DNA of 32,431 bases from Vulcanimicrobiota bacterium (GTDB lineage: Bacteria; Vulcanimicrobiota; Vulcanimicrobiia; Vulcanimicrobiales; Vulcanimicrobiaceae), in contig CAWAXX010000004.1 in assembly GCA_963786105.1 (NCBI GenBank), positions 1 to 32,431 of the forward strand, written 5' to 3'. Of this stretch, positions 9,101 through 17,573 are shown piece after piece; positions within the stretch are counted from its first letter, which is position 1, and each line of letters starts with the position of its first letter. Position numbers and translations under genes: made by a program. The notes beneath the pieces are model-generated. The model searched no databases. It saw only the letters and a program-made list of their open reading frames with translations, and was not told where the DNA came from.

Positions 9101-9286
9101 GAATACCGGCAAGCGATGGGTACGGTGGTGATCGGTGGCCTCTCGAGTTCGTTGCTCTTGACGTTATTTGTCGTTCCGCTCGCGTTCGTGCGTTCGCAAA
9201 CGACCCGATCAGCTACAACGTTGCGATACCCTGCAGCGCAAGGCGCACGCCGTAGTGCTGCTCGCGCATCCTTCCTCGCTCGGTGA
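6113..9286 (+). CDS. RND efflux transporter permease (AcrB/AcrD/AcrF family)
   Basis: 1057 aa. Proton-relay motifs GILVDDSIVIVE, SKNGILLVD and RFRPIVMTT; VIGGLSSSLLLTLFVVP terminal helix. Confidence 0.95.
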   Translation: MWLTAFSLRNPIVVTLFYVFVAIVGLVAFQSMGRSILPPIAFPVVAIAAPYPGAGPEEIDRLVVEPIEEKLDAIPDLDRVSALAQRGVARIVVRFRFGGNLETDRSNVQQAVDAARANLPADLLAPAVFELDPSQAPIIDVAVESPVLSPRELADALDNRILPALRASSGVGSVSVEGAPSRQFTIVPRLGALDATGVSALDVFRTLLAANDVLPGGRLRSSRVESSIGIRSAAEDAGGLRSLPVGTNGSAGVRVGDVAGVVDGFADPSTLARVDGERAVMIYVSRAENADALSAIASAQKTLSRLAAADPLIRFRTLRTDAPKTNAAIAGVLQTLGEGTLLTVLVMLVFLHAWRSAAIAAVSIPASVLATLAAMWAAGFTIDVLSLMGLSLTVGILVDDSIVIVEAIARNAARGLRGDDAALAGRRELGGAAIAITLVDVAVFAPIAFTSGIVGAFMREFGLVVVFATAFSLLVSFTLTPLLAARWALAKNGVVDPKMLPWMMRTRVALGMASQWNACLDAVAAFETRIARAYASRWLPEVLRRSTLVFGVVAVATALSLVPVATGAIGAEFSPPVERGEATVDVRFPAGTPLDHSDAALRRFSERLLDDPAIAHVVAIAGRGFNGSSDTSAANLAQLTAVMADPAASADTVVDRVKSLQALAPDAHIAGSGRGMGGTAPIDYAIAGDRRSVDTAARRIADALEADPLATDVRLSDAGLAPRLEIDIDPAKAALLGVAPDDAAQTARIATGGAIASRLRLPAGLIDVLVRSDGAERGDLDGVLRSSVRDARGRLVPLADLAGVRRGFEPAVVEREDGERVVSVTANALPGVPIGRVTVPLARAMRQPGFLPADARVQPRGDVEQLLDTMRKIGEALALAVVVAYGILAVLYRSYRLPLVVMTTVPLASIGAFGALYAFGQPLNLYSMLGIVMLVGLVSKNGILLVDYAQRAMREGQPAQAAIRAAAQRRFRPIVMTTAAMIAGMVPLALGHNIGAEYRQAMGTVVIGGLSSSLLLTLFVVPLAFVRSQTTRSATTLRYPAAQGARRSAARASFLAR

Positions 9287-9334
9287 GCCCGTTCGCCAAT
9301 GACACTGCCTCCCGCGTGCGGAACGTGTCGCTTG

Positions 9335-10261
9335 ATGCATCCGAGCACTCGCTCCATACGACGATCGCTCCTGGTTTGGTACGAACGGCACGGGCGCGCG
9401 CTGCTTCCCTGGCGCGTTCGCCGCGGCGCATACTCCACGCTGGTCAGCGAGTTCATGCTGCAGCAAACTCAAGTGGATCGCGTGGTGCCGCGCTTTGACG
9501 CGTTCGTCGAACGTTTTCCGGATTTCGCAACCTTGGCCGCCGCATCGCCGGCCGACGTGCTGCGCGCGTGGAAGGGACTTGGCTACAACTCGCGCGCCGT
9601 CCGCCTCAAGGCCGTCGCCGATGCGGTCGTCGCGCGCCACGGCGGGGCGATGCCCAGCGCAGCGGAAGCGTTGCGAGGGCTGCCGGGAATCGGAGCGTAT
9701 ACGGCCGCGGCAGTTCGCGCATTCGCGTTCCATCTCGACGACGCTCCGGTCGATACCAACGTCCGGCGCATCGTGCACCGGCTGTTCTTTGGAATCGAGT
9801 ACCCAGCGCAGGCGCCGCCGCGCGAGCTGGCGGCGCTCGCTCGCGAGCTCGTGCCTATAGGGAAAGCCCACGACTGGAACTCGGCCCTGATGGACTTAGG
9901 AGCGACGATCTGCACCGCGCGCTCACCGCAATGCTCGATCTGTCCGCTGCGGCGAACCTGTGCGGCCGCTCCGATCGATCCGGCGGCGCTCGAACGCCGG
10001 CGTCGTGCGACCCGCCCGTCGCCGCAGTCGCGCAAGCCGGCCGTGCCGTTTGAAGAAACCAACCGCTACGCGCGCGGGCGCATCGTCGACCGGTTGCGCG
10101 AGTTACCGCCCGGCGAACGCATTTCGCTGCTCGATCTCCATCGCGCGCTTTCGCCGCTGCTTCCCGGTCGCAGCGAACGCGACGTTCGGTCGTTCGTAAC
10201 CGCTCTCGAACGCGACGGGCTCGTTTCCAGCGACGGCGAGCGCGTCGCTTTGCGGGAATAG
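9335..10261 (+). CDS. mutY: A/G-specific adenine glycosylase (MutY-like, short C-terminus)
   Basis: LPWR, VSEFMLQQTQV, GLGYNSRA, HhH LPGIGAYTA, VDTNV, 4Fe-4S motif CX6CX2CX5C. Start approximate. Confidence 0.9.
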   Translation: MHPSTRSIRRSLLVWYERHGRALLPWRVRRGAYSTLVSEFMLQQTQVDRVVPRFDAFVERFPDFATLAAASPADVLRAWKGLGYNSRAVRLKAVADAVVARHGGAMPSAAEALRGLPGIGAYTAAAVRAFAFHLDDAPVDTNVRRIVHRLFFGIEYPAQAPPRELAALARELVPIGKAHDWNSALMDLGATICTARSPQCSICPLRRTCAAAPIDPAALERRRRATRPSPQSRKPAVPFEETNRYARGRIVDRLRELPPGERISLLDLHRALSPLLPGRSERDVRSFVTALERDGLVSSDGERVALRE

Positions 10262-10281
10262 CGAGGACTCGAGCTTCACCC

Positions 10282-11505
10282 GTGCGCGAACTGTTTTCCG
10301 GGCGGCTCGGTCGCATCGCTGCCGGATTGCTGGTGGCCGAATTCGTCGCCGCGACCCAGGGCTTGGTCATCGCCGCGATCATGCCGCGCGTCGTCGCGGA
10401 CTTGCACGGACTAGGTGCATATTCGCTCGCGTTTGGGTCGTTTTTTGCCGCGTTCTTGTTGTTCTTGCCGTTTGCCGGGCCGTGGTCGGATCGCTACGGA
10501 AGCCGCCGCATGTTGGCGCTGGCATTGGGCATCCTCGCGTTGGGTCTGCTACTGGTCGCCCTTTCGCCCACCATGCCGCTCTTCGTCGGAGCGCGCTTCG
10601 TCGAAGGAATCGGCGACGGCATCGATTACGCCGTATCCTTCGCCATTATCGGCAAAACTTTCCCCGACGCGCTGCGCGCGCGGATGGTCTCATTGACGTC
10701 GGCCGCGTGGGTGATTCCGGCGATCGTTGGCCCCGGGCTCGGCGCCTACGTCACGACCGTATTCGGCTGGCGCTGGGCTTTCGCCGGTTTCCTTCCACTG
10801 GTCGCGATTGCGGCGGCGCTGCTGTTGCCGGTGGTCGACACAAATCCGGCGCGGCAACGCGGCGACCTCTTGGGCGCAATTCGATTGCTGTTCTCGCGAG
10901 CGACTCTGCGCGCGAAAGACGGTCTGCACGGGTCGTTCGTGGCCTTTGGACTGTTGCACGCCGCATTCTTCGGCTGCGACGCCTACGTCGCGCTGATGCT
11001 TACGTCCGTGCGGGGTTTGTCGCTGCAACTGGCCAGCCTCTGCATCACCCTGGCGGCCGCAGGTTGGTCGATAGCGGCCCTCTTCGCCCCCGCCTTGCTC
11101 GCACGCATCGGGAAGGCGACGGTCGTCCTGGTTGGAGCTGCGAGCTGTCTGCTCGGCGCGCTGGGACTGCTTGCCGTCGCGCTCGGCGCCGACGTCGCGC
11201 TGGCGTTCGTCGCCTTTACCGTTATCGGCCTCGGAATGGGGCTCACGTATCCCACGTTGTCGGTCGCGGCGTTCGGCTTCGCAGCGCATGGCGACGAAGG
11301 CGCGGTTTCTTCGGCAACGTTGATGTCCGGCGTCGTCGGCATCATCGCCGGCGTACTGATCTGCGGGCTTTCGGTGGCGCTTGCCTCGCGGACAGGCGCA
11401 CCGCTGGCAGTTCCGCTCGCGTATACGTTCGGCGTCGCGGCGTTGTTCGGCGCAACGCTAGCCGTGCTATCGCGACGGCTCTTACGCGGGCAAGTGGAGC
11501 GTTAG
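10282..11505 (+). CDS. MFS transporter (drug:H+ antiporter-like)
   Basis: Motif A GPWSDRYGSRR, ARFVEGIGDG, GPGLG, WRWAF; about 12 hydrophobic segments. Confidence 0.9.
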   Translation: MRELFSGRLGRIAAGLLVAEFVAATQGLVIAAIMPRVVADLHGLGAYSLAFGSFFAAFLLFLPFAGPWSDRYGSRRMLALALGILALGLLLVALSPTMPLFVGARFVEGIGDGIDYAVSFAIIGKTFPDALRARMVSLTSAAWVIPAIVGPGLGAYVTTVFGWRWAFAGFLPLVAIAAALLLPVVDTNPARQRGDLLGAIRLLFSRATLRAKDGLHGSFVAFGLLHAAFFGCDAYVALMLTSVRGLSLQLASLCITLAAAGWSIAALFAPALLARIGKATVVLVGAASCLLGALGLLAVALGADVALAFVAFTVIGLGMGLTYPTLSVAAFGFAAHGDEGAVSSATLMSGVVGIIAGVLICGLSVALASRTGAPLAVPLAYTFGVAALFGATLAVLSRRLLRGQVER

Positions 11506-12018
11506 GTCGAGCTCGCAGGTTGCGGCGGCGGTACGCCGCTGACCCGAATGAACGTCGAACACGGAGTACGTCGCGAGCGGACGCGCGTACAACTGCAAGG
11601 AAAATGCGCTCTGCGACCGGCTCGGATTGCCAACCCGATGCAGTTCGGCGGGTCCCAGCCGGTGATCGATATCGCCCACGCGTAATTGGAGATGCTCGGC
11701 TTCGCGGATGGTCGCAAATCTCTCCGGCGCGGCTGGGTCGCATTCGAAATTCTGAACGTCGAGCGTGCCGTCGAGCATCAGCACCCAGCAGCGCGACGCG
11801 CCGTGGTCGTGCACCGGGCTGATCGATTGCGGCGCCCAGTTCATGGCGACGATTTCGTACTCGGGGGCGATGACCAACCGCGTGCGGCTATACGCGCGGG
11901 GGATCGATGGGAGACGGCCGCGATACGCCGGGAACGCTCGCGCTAGGCGTTCCATCGCGCGCGAGAACTCGCCGTCACCCATGACGCCGGCGAGGACGCG
12001 CGCGAGATCGGCGGACAT
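11482..12018 (-). CDS. Cysteine dioxygenase type I family (cupin)
   Basis: YSR, WAPQSISPVHDHGASRCW, LHRVGN, SLQLY; His70/His72/His127 iron triad. Confidence 0.88.
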   Translation of the reverse strand: MSADLARVLAGVMGDGEFSRAMERLARAFPAYRGRLPSIPRAYSRTRLVIAPEYEIVAMNWAPQSISPVHDHGASRCWVLMLDGTLDVQNFECDPAAPERFATIREAEHLQLRVGDIDHRLGPAELHRVGNPSRSQSAFSLQLYARPLATYSVFDVHSGQRRTAAATCELDLTLHLPA

Positions 12019-12079
12019 TCTTGCGCGACTTCCGCGCGCACGCCAGGGGACCTGTAGGCGGTCGCATAAAGCGGGGCGC

Positions 12080-12829
12080 GTGCCGGCGATTCCGTTCCCA
12101 AAAAGAAAAGTACCGCGTCGCGTCGCTCTCGAGGAGTTGGCAATTCTCGAGCGGACGTATCCCGACGCGACGACGGCCCTGGATTATCGCAATCACTTCG
12201 AACTGTTGATCGCCGTGATCCTCTCCGCGCAGTGCACCGACGCGCGGGTCAATATGACGACACCGGCGCTCTTCGCAAAGTATCCCACGCCGGCCGATCT
12301 CGCGAGCGCGAAGCAAGCCGACGTCGAGAAAATCGTCAAGTCGTGCGGCTTCTTTCGTATGAAGGCGCGCAACATCATCGCTTGCGCGCGCGATCTAGTC
12401 GAGCGATTCGGGGGCGCCGTGCCGCGTGAGCGCGAGCAGCTCGAGTCGCTGGCAGGCGTCGGCCGCAAGACCGCCAGCGTCGTCATGGCGAACGCGTTCG
12501 CGGAAGCCGCGCTGGCGGTCGATACGCACGTCTTTCGCGTCGCTCACCGTTTGGGGATCACGGTGGCAACGACGCCGCGCAAGGTCGAAGACGATCTCAC
12601 CGCGTTGGTGCCGCGCGAAAAATGGGGCGCGACGACGCATTGGTTGATTTCGCACGGGCGCGCGATTTGCAAGGCCCCCACGCCGCAGTGTCCGCGCTGT
12701 CCGGTCAACGCGCTCTGCCCGACGCCGGCGATCCTGGCTAAAAGCTTAACGGTCCAGGCCCGGTCAAGTGATCGGGCTTCGGTAACTCCGCGTCGGAGGC
12801 AAGCAGCTTCAAGAGCGAAGAAGCGGTGA
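12080..12829 (+). CDS. nth: Endonuclease III
   Basis: FELLIAVILSAQCTD, HhH LAGVGRKTA (catalytic Lys), VDTHVFR, CKAPTPQCPRCPVNALC. GTG start approximate. Confidence 0.95.
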   Translation: MPAIPFPKRKVPRRVALEELAILERTYPDATTALDYRNHFELLIAVILSAQCTDARVNMTTPALFAKYPTPADLASAKQADVEKIVKSCGFFRMKARNIIACARDLVERFGGAVPREREQLESLAGVGRKTASVVMANAFAEAALAVDTHVFRVAHRLGITVATTPRKVEDDLTALVPREKWGATTHWLISHGRAICKAPTPQCPRCPVNALCPTPAILAKSLTVQARSSDRASVTPRRRQAASRAKKR

Positions 12830-13259
12830 GCCTCCGGCCGTAGCCTTCTTCGGTCGAAATTTTCGAAAGATTGATCAGCGACGGCACGTTCGCCGTCGGA
12901 TCGAACTGATACTCGCCGTCGAGTCCGAGCCCGCTCACGCGCACCGTTTGGTGGACGTCGTCGAGTTCTAGGCCGACGCGATCGTCTCGAAAGCGCAGGC
13001 GAACGCGAAGCGGCCGCTCCAAGCGGATAAACGTGATGCCTGTGCGCTTTCCCAAGATGGCGTTTAACCGCTTGCATCCGTTCGCCGCGTTCTCGGCAAA
13101 CAACCGCAACGATTCTTCGGCGTCTTCGGGCCGGCGCGGTACCGGCTGACCGGTGGCCGCGTCGATCACCTTGCCGAGCTCGCGCTTCGCGCGAATGCGC
13201 TCGGCGGCCGCGACGATGGGGTTTTGGGCGGTGAACTTGGGATCCATTGGGTCCGACAT
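12738..13259 (-). CDS. Hypothetical protein (173 aa, soluble)
   Basis: ATG start, protein-like composition, fills the gap between nth and the phosphoesterase; no family recognised. Confidence 0.7.
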   Translation of the reverse strand: MSDPMDPKFTAQNPIVAAAERIRAKRELGKVIDAATGQPVPRRPEDAEESLRLFAENAANGCKRLNAILGKRTGITFIRLERPLRVRLRFRDDRVGLELDDVHQTVRVSGLGLDGEYQFDPTANVPSLINLSKISTEEGYGRRLTASSLLKLLASDAELPKPDHLTGPGPLSF

Positions 13260-13374
13260 GGCGATCGCAATCCATTCGCCGACGGCCGGTGCGAAGCATA
13301 CTCGACCGCTAGCCTGCTTCGGAAGGTCTCAATGCGTACCGCCAGAAGGTTCGCCTGCCCCTGGAGGTCGCGAT

Positions 13375-14757
13375 TTGCTGAGATACGCCGTACTGCTTCA
13401 GTTCGCCCTGGCCATTGCGATCGTGTCTTGCGCGGGTCCGCATCAAGGCGCGGCAACCATACCGTCCGAAGGCGTGCGCGCGTTTGCCCACGGACATCGG
13501 CACGGGCTGCCGACGCCGATTCAACACGTCATCATCATTTTTCAAGAGAACCGCACGCCCGATTACCTCTTCAACGGGATGCTGGCGTACGGTGCGAACA
13601 TCGCGACGACCGCCGTTAATTCGAAAGGCCAGATCGTTCCCCTCAAGCCGATCTCGCTGGCCGCGCCCTACGATCTCGGACACGGGCACAAATCCTTCGT
13701 CGAAGATTGCGACATGCAGCCGAGCAACACGTGCAAGATGGACGGATTCGACGAAGCGCTGCCGCCGATGTACGCCGCGCGTCCGTACGGCTACGCTCCG
13801 CAAAGCGAAGTTCAGCCTTACCTGGACATGGCTACCCAATACGTATTTGCCGACAACATGTTCCAGACCAATCAGGCGGGCAGCTTCCCGGCGCATCAGT
13901 ACATTATCAGCGGCAACGCGTCGGGCGAGCCCCACACCGCGGACAACGTTTCGAGCGACCCGTTCAGCAGCAAGACGGGAAAAAAGACGCCGGCCGGCTG
14001 CGACGCTCCGGTTAAATCGGTCGTAGATACGATCGATCCGGTGAGCGCAAGCCCGGGCCCCACGCCCTTCCCGTGCTTCGAACGCCGCTCGTTGTCGGAT
14101 TTGCTCGACACGCGTGCCATCAGCTGGCGTTACTACCAGAACGGTTTCGGGCCGGGTTTGTGGCACGCACCCGACGCCATCGTGCATATTCGGTTCGGAC
14201 CCGACTACCTCCACGTAATCTCGCCCCCGCAAACCATTTTGTCGGATATTTCCAGCGGCAAACTCTCCGGACTCTCGTGGGTGATGCCCGCCGACGGCTA
14301 CCACTCCGACCACTCCGGAAACAAGAGCACGGCTGGTCCGTCGTGGGTCGCCGCCGTCGTCAACGCCGTTGGGCAAAGCAAGTATTGGAACTCGACCGCG
14401 ATCTTGATTACGTGGGACGACTGGGGCGGCTGGTACGATCATGTCTCGCCGCAGCAATTCAATAGTTACGAGCTGGGCTTCCGCGTACCGCTCGTGATCG
14501 TGTCGCCGTTCGCGAAGGCCGGCGCCAGCCGGGAAGGCTACATCTCACACGTCCAGTACGAGTTCGGCAGCATCTTGGCGTTCGCCGAAGAAACGTTCGG
14601 GATACCCAAGGGCGCGCTCGGCACAACCGACGTGCGTGCGAACGATTTGTCCGATGCGTTCGATTTTACGCAAAGCCCGCGGCCGTTCGTCGCGATCAGC
14701 GCTTCGCCGTTCGTTCCTAAGGAAAAGACGTTGAGCGAGGAAGACCCGGAACACTAA
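13375..14757 (+). CDS. Phosphoesterase (phospholipase C / acid phosphatase AcpA family), probable lipoprotein
   Basis: IQHVIIIFQENRTPD, GSFPAHQY, SDH, ITWDDWGGWYDHV, GFRVPLVIVSPFAK. TTG start after GGAGG; lipobox-like IVSC. Confidence 0.9.
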   Translation: MLRYAVLLQFALAIAIVSCAGPHQGAATIPSEGVRAFAHGHRHGLPTPIQHVIIIFQENRTPDYLFNGMLAYGANIATTAVNSKGQIVPLKPISLAAPYDLGHGHKSFVEDCDMQPSNTCKMDGFDEALPPMYAARPYGYAPQSEVQPYLDMATQYVFADNMFQTNQAGSFPAHQYIISGNASGEPHTADNVSSDPFSSKTGKKTPAGCDAPVKSVVDTIDPVSASPGPTPFPCFERRSLSDLLDTRAISWRYYQNGFGPGLWHAPDAIVHIRFGPDYLHVISPPQTILSDISSGKLSGLSWVMPADGYHSDHSGNKSTAGPSWVAAVVNAVGQSKYWNSTAILITWDDWGGWYDHVSPQQFNSYELGFRVPLVIVSPFAKAGASREGYISHVQYEFGSILAFAEETFGIPKGALGTTDVRANDLSDAFDFTQSPRPFVAISASPFVPKEKTLSEEDPEH

Positions 14758-15926
14758 GCCTTGGCTTTCCCGACCAGCGAACGCGATATGACGAGTCGCT
14801 GGATTTGTTGCGTGCCCTCGTAAATCTGCGTGATCTTCGCGTCGCGCATCATGCGCTCGACCGGATATTCGGACGAGTACCCGAACCCGCCAAGAACCTG
14901 TACCGCGTCGGTAGTGACCGACATCGCGACGTCGCCGCATTTGAGTTTGGCCATTGCGGCCCATTGGGTGACGTCGGGCGATCCGGCGTCGCACCGCCGC
15001 GCGGCTTCGTAGAGCAGCAGGCGGGCGGCTTCGACCTCGGTCTTCATGTCGGCGAGCATGAAGCCGACGCCCTGGTGCTGGCCGATCGGTTTGCCGAACG
15101 CGACGCGTTCCTTAGCGTAGTTGGTCGCGTACTCCAACGCGCCGGCGGCAATTCCCAGCGCTTGCGCGGCGATGCCCGGGCGCGATTTGTCGAGCACTTT
15201 CATCGCGATTTTAAAACCCTCTCCCTCCTCGCCGAGGCGATTGTCGAGAGGAACTTCGCAATCGTCGAACGTTAGCTCGACGGTCGGGGAACCGCGAATG
15301 CCCATCTTTTTCTCTTTCTTGCCCACCGCGAATCCCAGCATGCCTTTCTCGAGCACGAACGCGCTGACGCCGCGCGAGCCGGCGTCGGGATCGGTCACCG
15401 CAAAGACGCAGACGACGTCGGCGACGCTGCCGTTGGTGATCCAAATCTTGCTTCCGTTTAGAACGTAGGCGTTGCCGTTCTTCACCGCGCGCGTTTTCAT
15501 CGATCCCAGCGCGTCGGATCCGCTGGAGACTTCCGTGAGCGCGTATGCGGCGAGGTGTTCGCCGGAGGCGATCTTTGGAAGGAAGCGCTGCTTTTGCGCC
15601 TCGGTGCCGGCGATCATGACCGGCAACATCCCAAGCTCTTGCACGGCGACGATCAGAGAACTCGACGCGCACGCTTTGGCGATTTCCTCGACGACCTTGA
15701 CGTAGGTGAGGAAGGTACCGCCCAGGCCACCGTACTGCGCCGGGATCGGAACGCCCAAGAGATCGTTTTGGGCGAAGAGCTCTTTGATATCCCACGGGAA
15801 CTCGCCGCTTTCGTCGATCGCGGCGGCGCGCGGCGCCACTTTTTCCTCGACGAGTTGGCGGACGGCCGCCAGCATCAGCTCCTCGTCTTCGTTGGTATGG
15901 CCGGCCGCCGGCGCCGTCGTGGTCAT
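14754..15926 (-). CDS. Acyl-CoA dehydrogenase
   Basis: ALTEVSSGSD, GSKIWITNG, KMGIRGSPT, ERVAFGKPI, RDAKITQIYEGTQQIQR. GGAG RBS before ATG 15926. Confidence 0.95.
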   Translation of the reverse strand: MTTTAPAAGHTNEDEELMLAAVRQLVEEKVAPRAAAIDESGEFPWDIKELFAQNDLLGVPIPAQYGGLGGTFLTYVKVVEEIAKACASSSLIVAVQELGMLPVMIAGTEAQKQRFLPKIASGEHLAAYALTEVSSGSDALGSMKTRAVKNGNAYVLNGSKIWITNGSVADVVCVFAVTDPDAGSRGVSAFVLEKGMLGFAVGKKEKKMGIRGSPTVELTFDDCEVPLDNRLGEEGEGFKIAMKVLDKSRPGIAAQALGIAAGALEYATNYAKERVAFGKPIGQHQGVGFMLADMKTEVEAARLLLYEAARRCDAGSPDVTQWAAMAKLKCGDVAMSVTTDAVQVLGGFGYSSEYPVERMMRDAKITQIYEGTQQIQRLVISRSLVGKAKA

Positions 15927-16032
15927 CGTCGCAATTCTCCTTAGCAATCGGTACTTTCAGCGCCGGGTTCGCGATTTGGTTCGCGTACTCTTTGGCAGGA
16001 CGAACGCGCGCGTCCACGCATATGGGCGAGTT

Positions 16033-16788
16033 ATGGAGAAAGTCTACGCGTCTTGTGCCGACGCGGTGGCCGACATTCCCAGCGGCGCGTCGTTAGCCGT
16101 CGGAGGCTTCGGGCTCAGCGGCATCCCGCACAACCTCATTGAGGCGCTTCTCGAACAGGGAGCCACCGATCTCGTGACCGTTTCGAACAACTGCGGCATC
16201 GACGGCTGGGGGCTCGGCGTGCTGCTCGACAACAGGCGCATCCGGCGGACGACTGGGTCGTACGTGGGCGAAAATAGGGAGTTCGAGCGCCAGTATCTCT
16301 CGGGCGAGCTGGAGGTTGAGCTGTGCCCCCAAGGGACGCTCGCCGAACGCCTGCGTGCCGGGGGCTGCGGCATTCCGGCATTTTACACGCCGGCGGGCGA
16401 CGGGACCATGGTCGCCGACGGCGGTCTGCCGTGGCGCTACAGTCCGGACGGCAGCGTTGCGGTAGCGTCGCCGAAGAAGGAGACGCGCGTGTTCGACGGA
16501 CGCGAATACGTGCTCGAGGAAGGGATCGTCTGTGACTTTGCCATGGTGCGCGCGTCGATCGGCGACCGCAACGGCAACCTCATTTTTAACAAGGCAACCC
16601 GCAACTTCAATCCGCTCTGCGCGATGGCCGGCCGAACGACGATCGCCGAGGTCGAGGAGCTGGTGGATCCCGGTGAAATCGATCCCGACGACGTGCATCT
16701 GCCGGGCATCTTCGTGCAGCGAATCGTGCGCGTGGGAGCCCAAGGCAAACGTACCGAGCGCGTGACGACGCGCAAACGGGCGGGCTAA
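16033..16788 (+). CDS. scoA: 3-oxoacid CoA-transferase subunit A
   Basis: [42 protein letters not shown]. Confidence 0.9.
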   Translation: MEKVYASCADAVADIPSGASLAVGGFGLSGIPHNLIEALLEQGATDLVTVSNNCGIDGWGLGVLLDNRRIRRTTGSYVGENREFERQYLSGELEVELCPQGTLAERLRAGGCGIPAFYTPAGDGTMVADGGLPWRYSPDGSVAVASPKKETRVFDGREYVLEEGIVCDFAMVRASIGDRNGNLIFNKATRNFNPLCAMAGRTTIAEVEELVDPGEIDPDDVHLPGIFVQRIVRVGAQGKRTERVTTRKRAG

Positions 16789-16792
16789 AGGC

Positions 16793-17461
16793 ATGGCACT
16801 CACTCGAACGCAACTCGCAGCGCGCCTGGCTCAAGAGCTGCGCGACGGCCAGTACGTCAACTTGGGCATCGGCTTGCCGACGTTGATTCCGAACTACGTT
16901 CCGGCGGACGTTACGGTCACGCTGCAGAGCGAAAACGGCATCCTCGGCATGGGACCCTATCCGTACGAAGGAGAGGAGGATCCGGATTTGATCAACGCCG
17001 GGAAAGAGACGGTAACGCTCTTACCCGGAGCGTCGTTGTTCGACTCGGCACTGTCGTTCGGCATGATTCGCGGCGGACACATCGATCTCGCGGTGCTCGG
17101 AGCGATGCAGGTTTCGGAAGAAGGCGATCTGGCGAACTGGATGATTCCGGGGAAGATGGTCAAGGGCATGGGTGGCGCCATGGACCTCGTGCACGGCGCG
17201 AAGCGCGTGATCGTCATGATGGAACACCTCGCAAAGGGCAACGCACACAAAATCGTGCGCCGTTGCACCCTGCCGCTTACCGGCCGCCGGGTGGTCCATC
17301 GAATCGTCACCGACCTCGGGACCATCGACGTAACCTCGCAGGGTTTGGTGCTGCGCGAACTCGCGCCGGGCGTAACGGTCGAGGAGATCCAAGCGGCGAC
17401 CGAACCGGCGCTGCACGTGCCCGTCGCGCCGATCGTGATGAAGATTCCGCCCGAAGCTTAG
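16793..17461 (+). CDS. scoB: 3-oxoacid CoA-transferase subunit B
   Basis: [15 protein letters not shown] (catalytic Glu), GMGGAMDLV. Confidence 0.9.
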   Translation: MALTRTQLAARLAQELRDGQYVNLGIGLPTLIPNYVPADVTVTLQSENGILGMGPYPYEGEEDPDLINAGKETVTLLPGASLFDSALSFGMIRGGHIDLAVLGAMQVSEEGDLANWMIPGKMVKGMGGAMDLVHGAKRVIVMMEHLAKGNAHKIVRRCTLPLTGRRVVHRIVTDLGTIDVTSQGLVLRELAPGVTVEEIQAATEPALHVPVAPIVMKIPPEA

Positions 17462-17573
17462 GCGCCGGTTAAAGGGTACTTACGAAGCGGGAATCCACCC
17501 ACCGCCGCACAAACAAGCGTCGGCCAAAGTACGTTCTCTCACAACATCTTTTTATTCCGACTAGGAGGTACCA

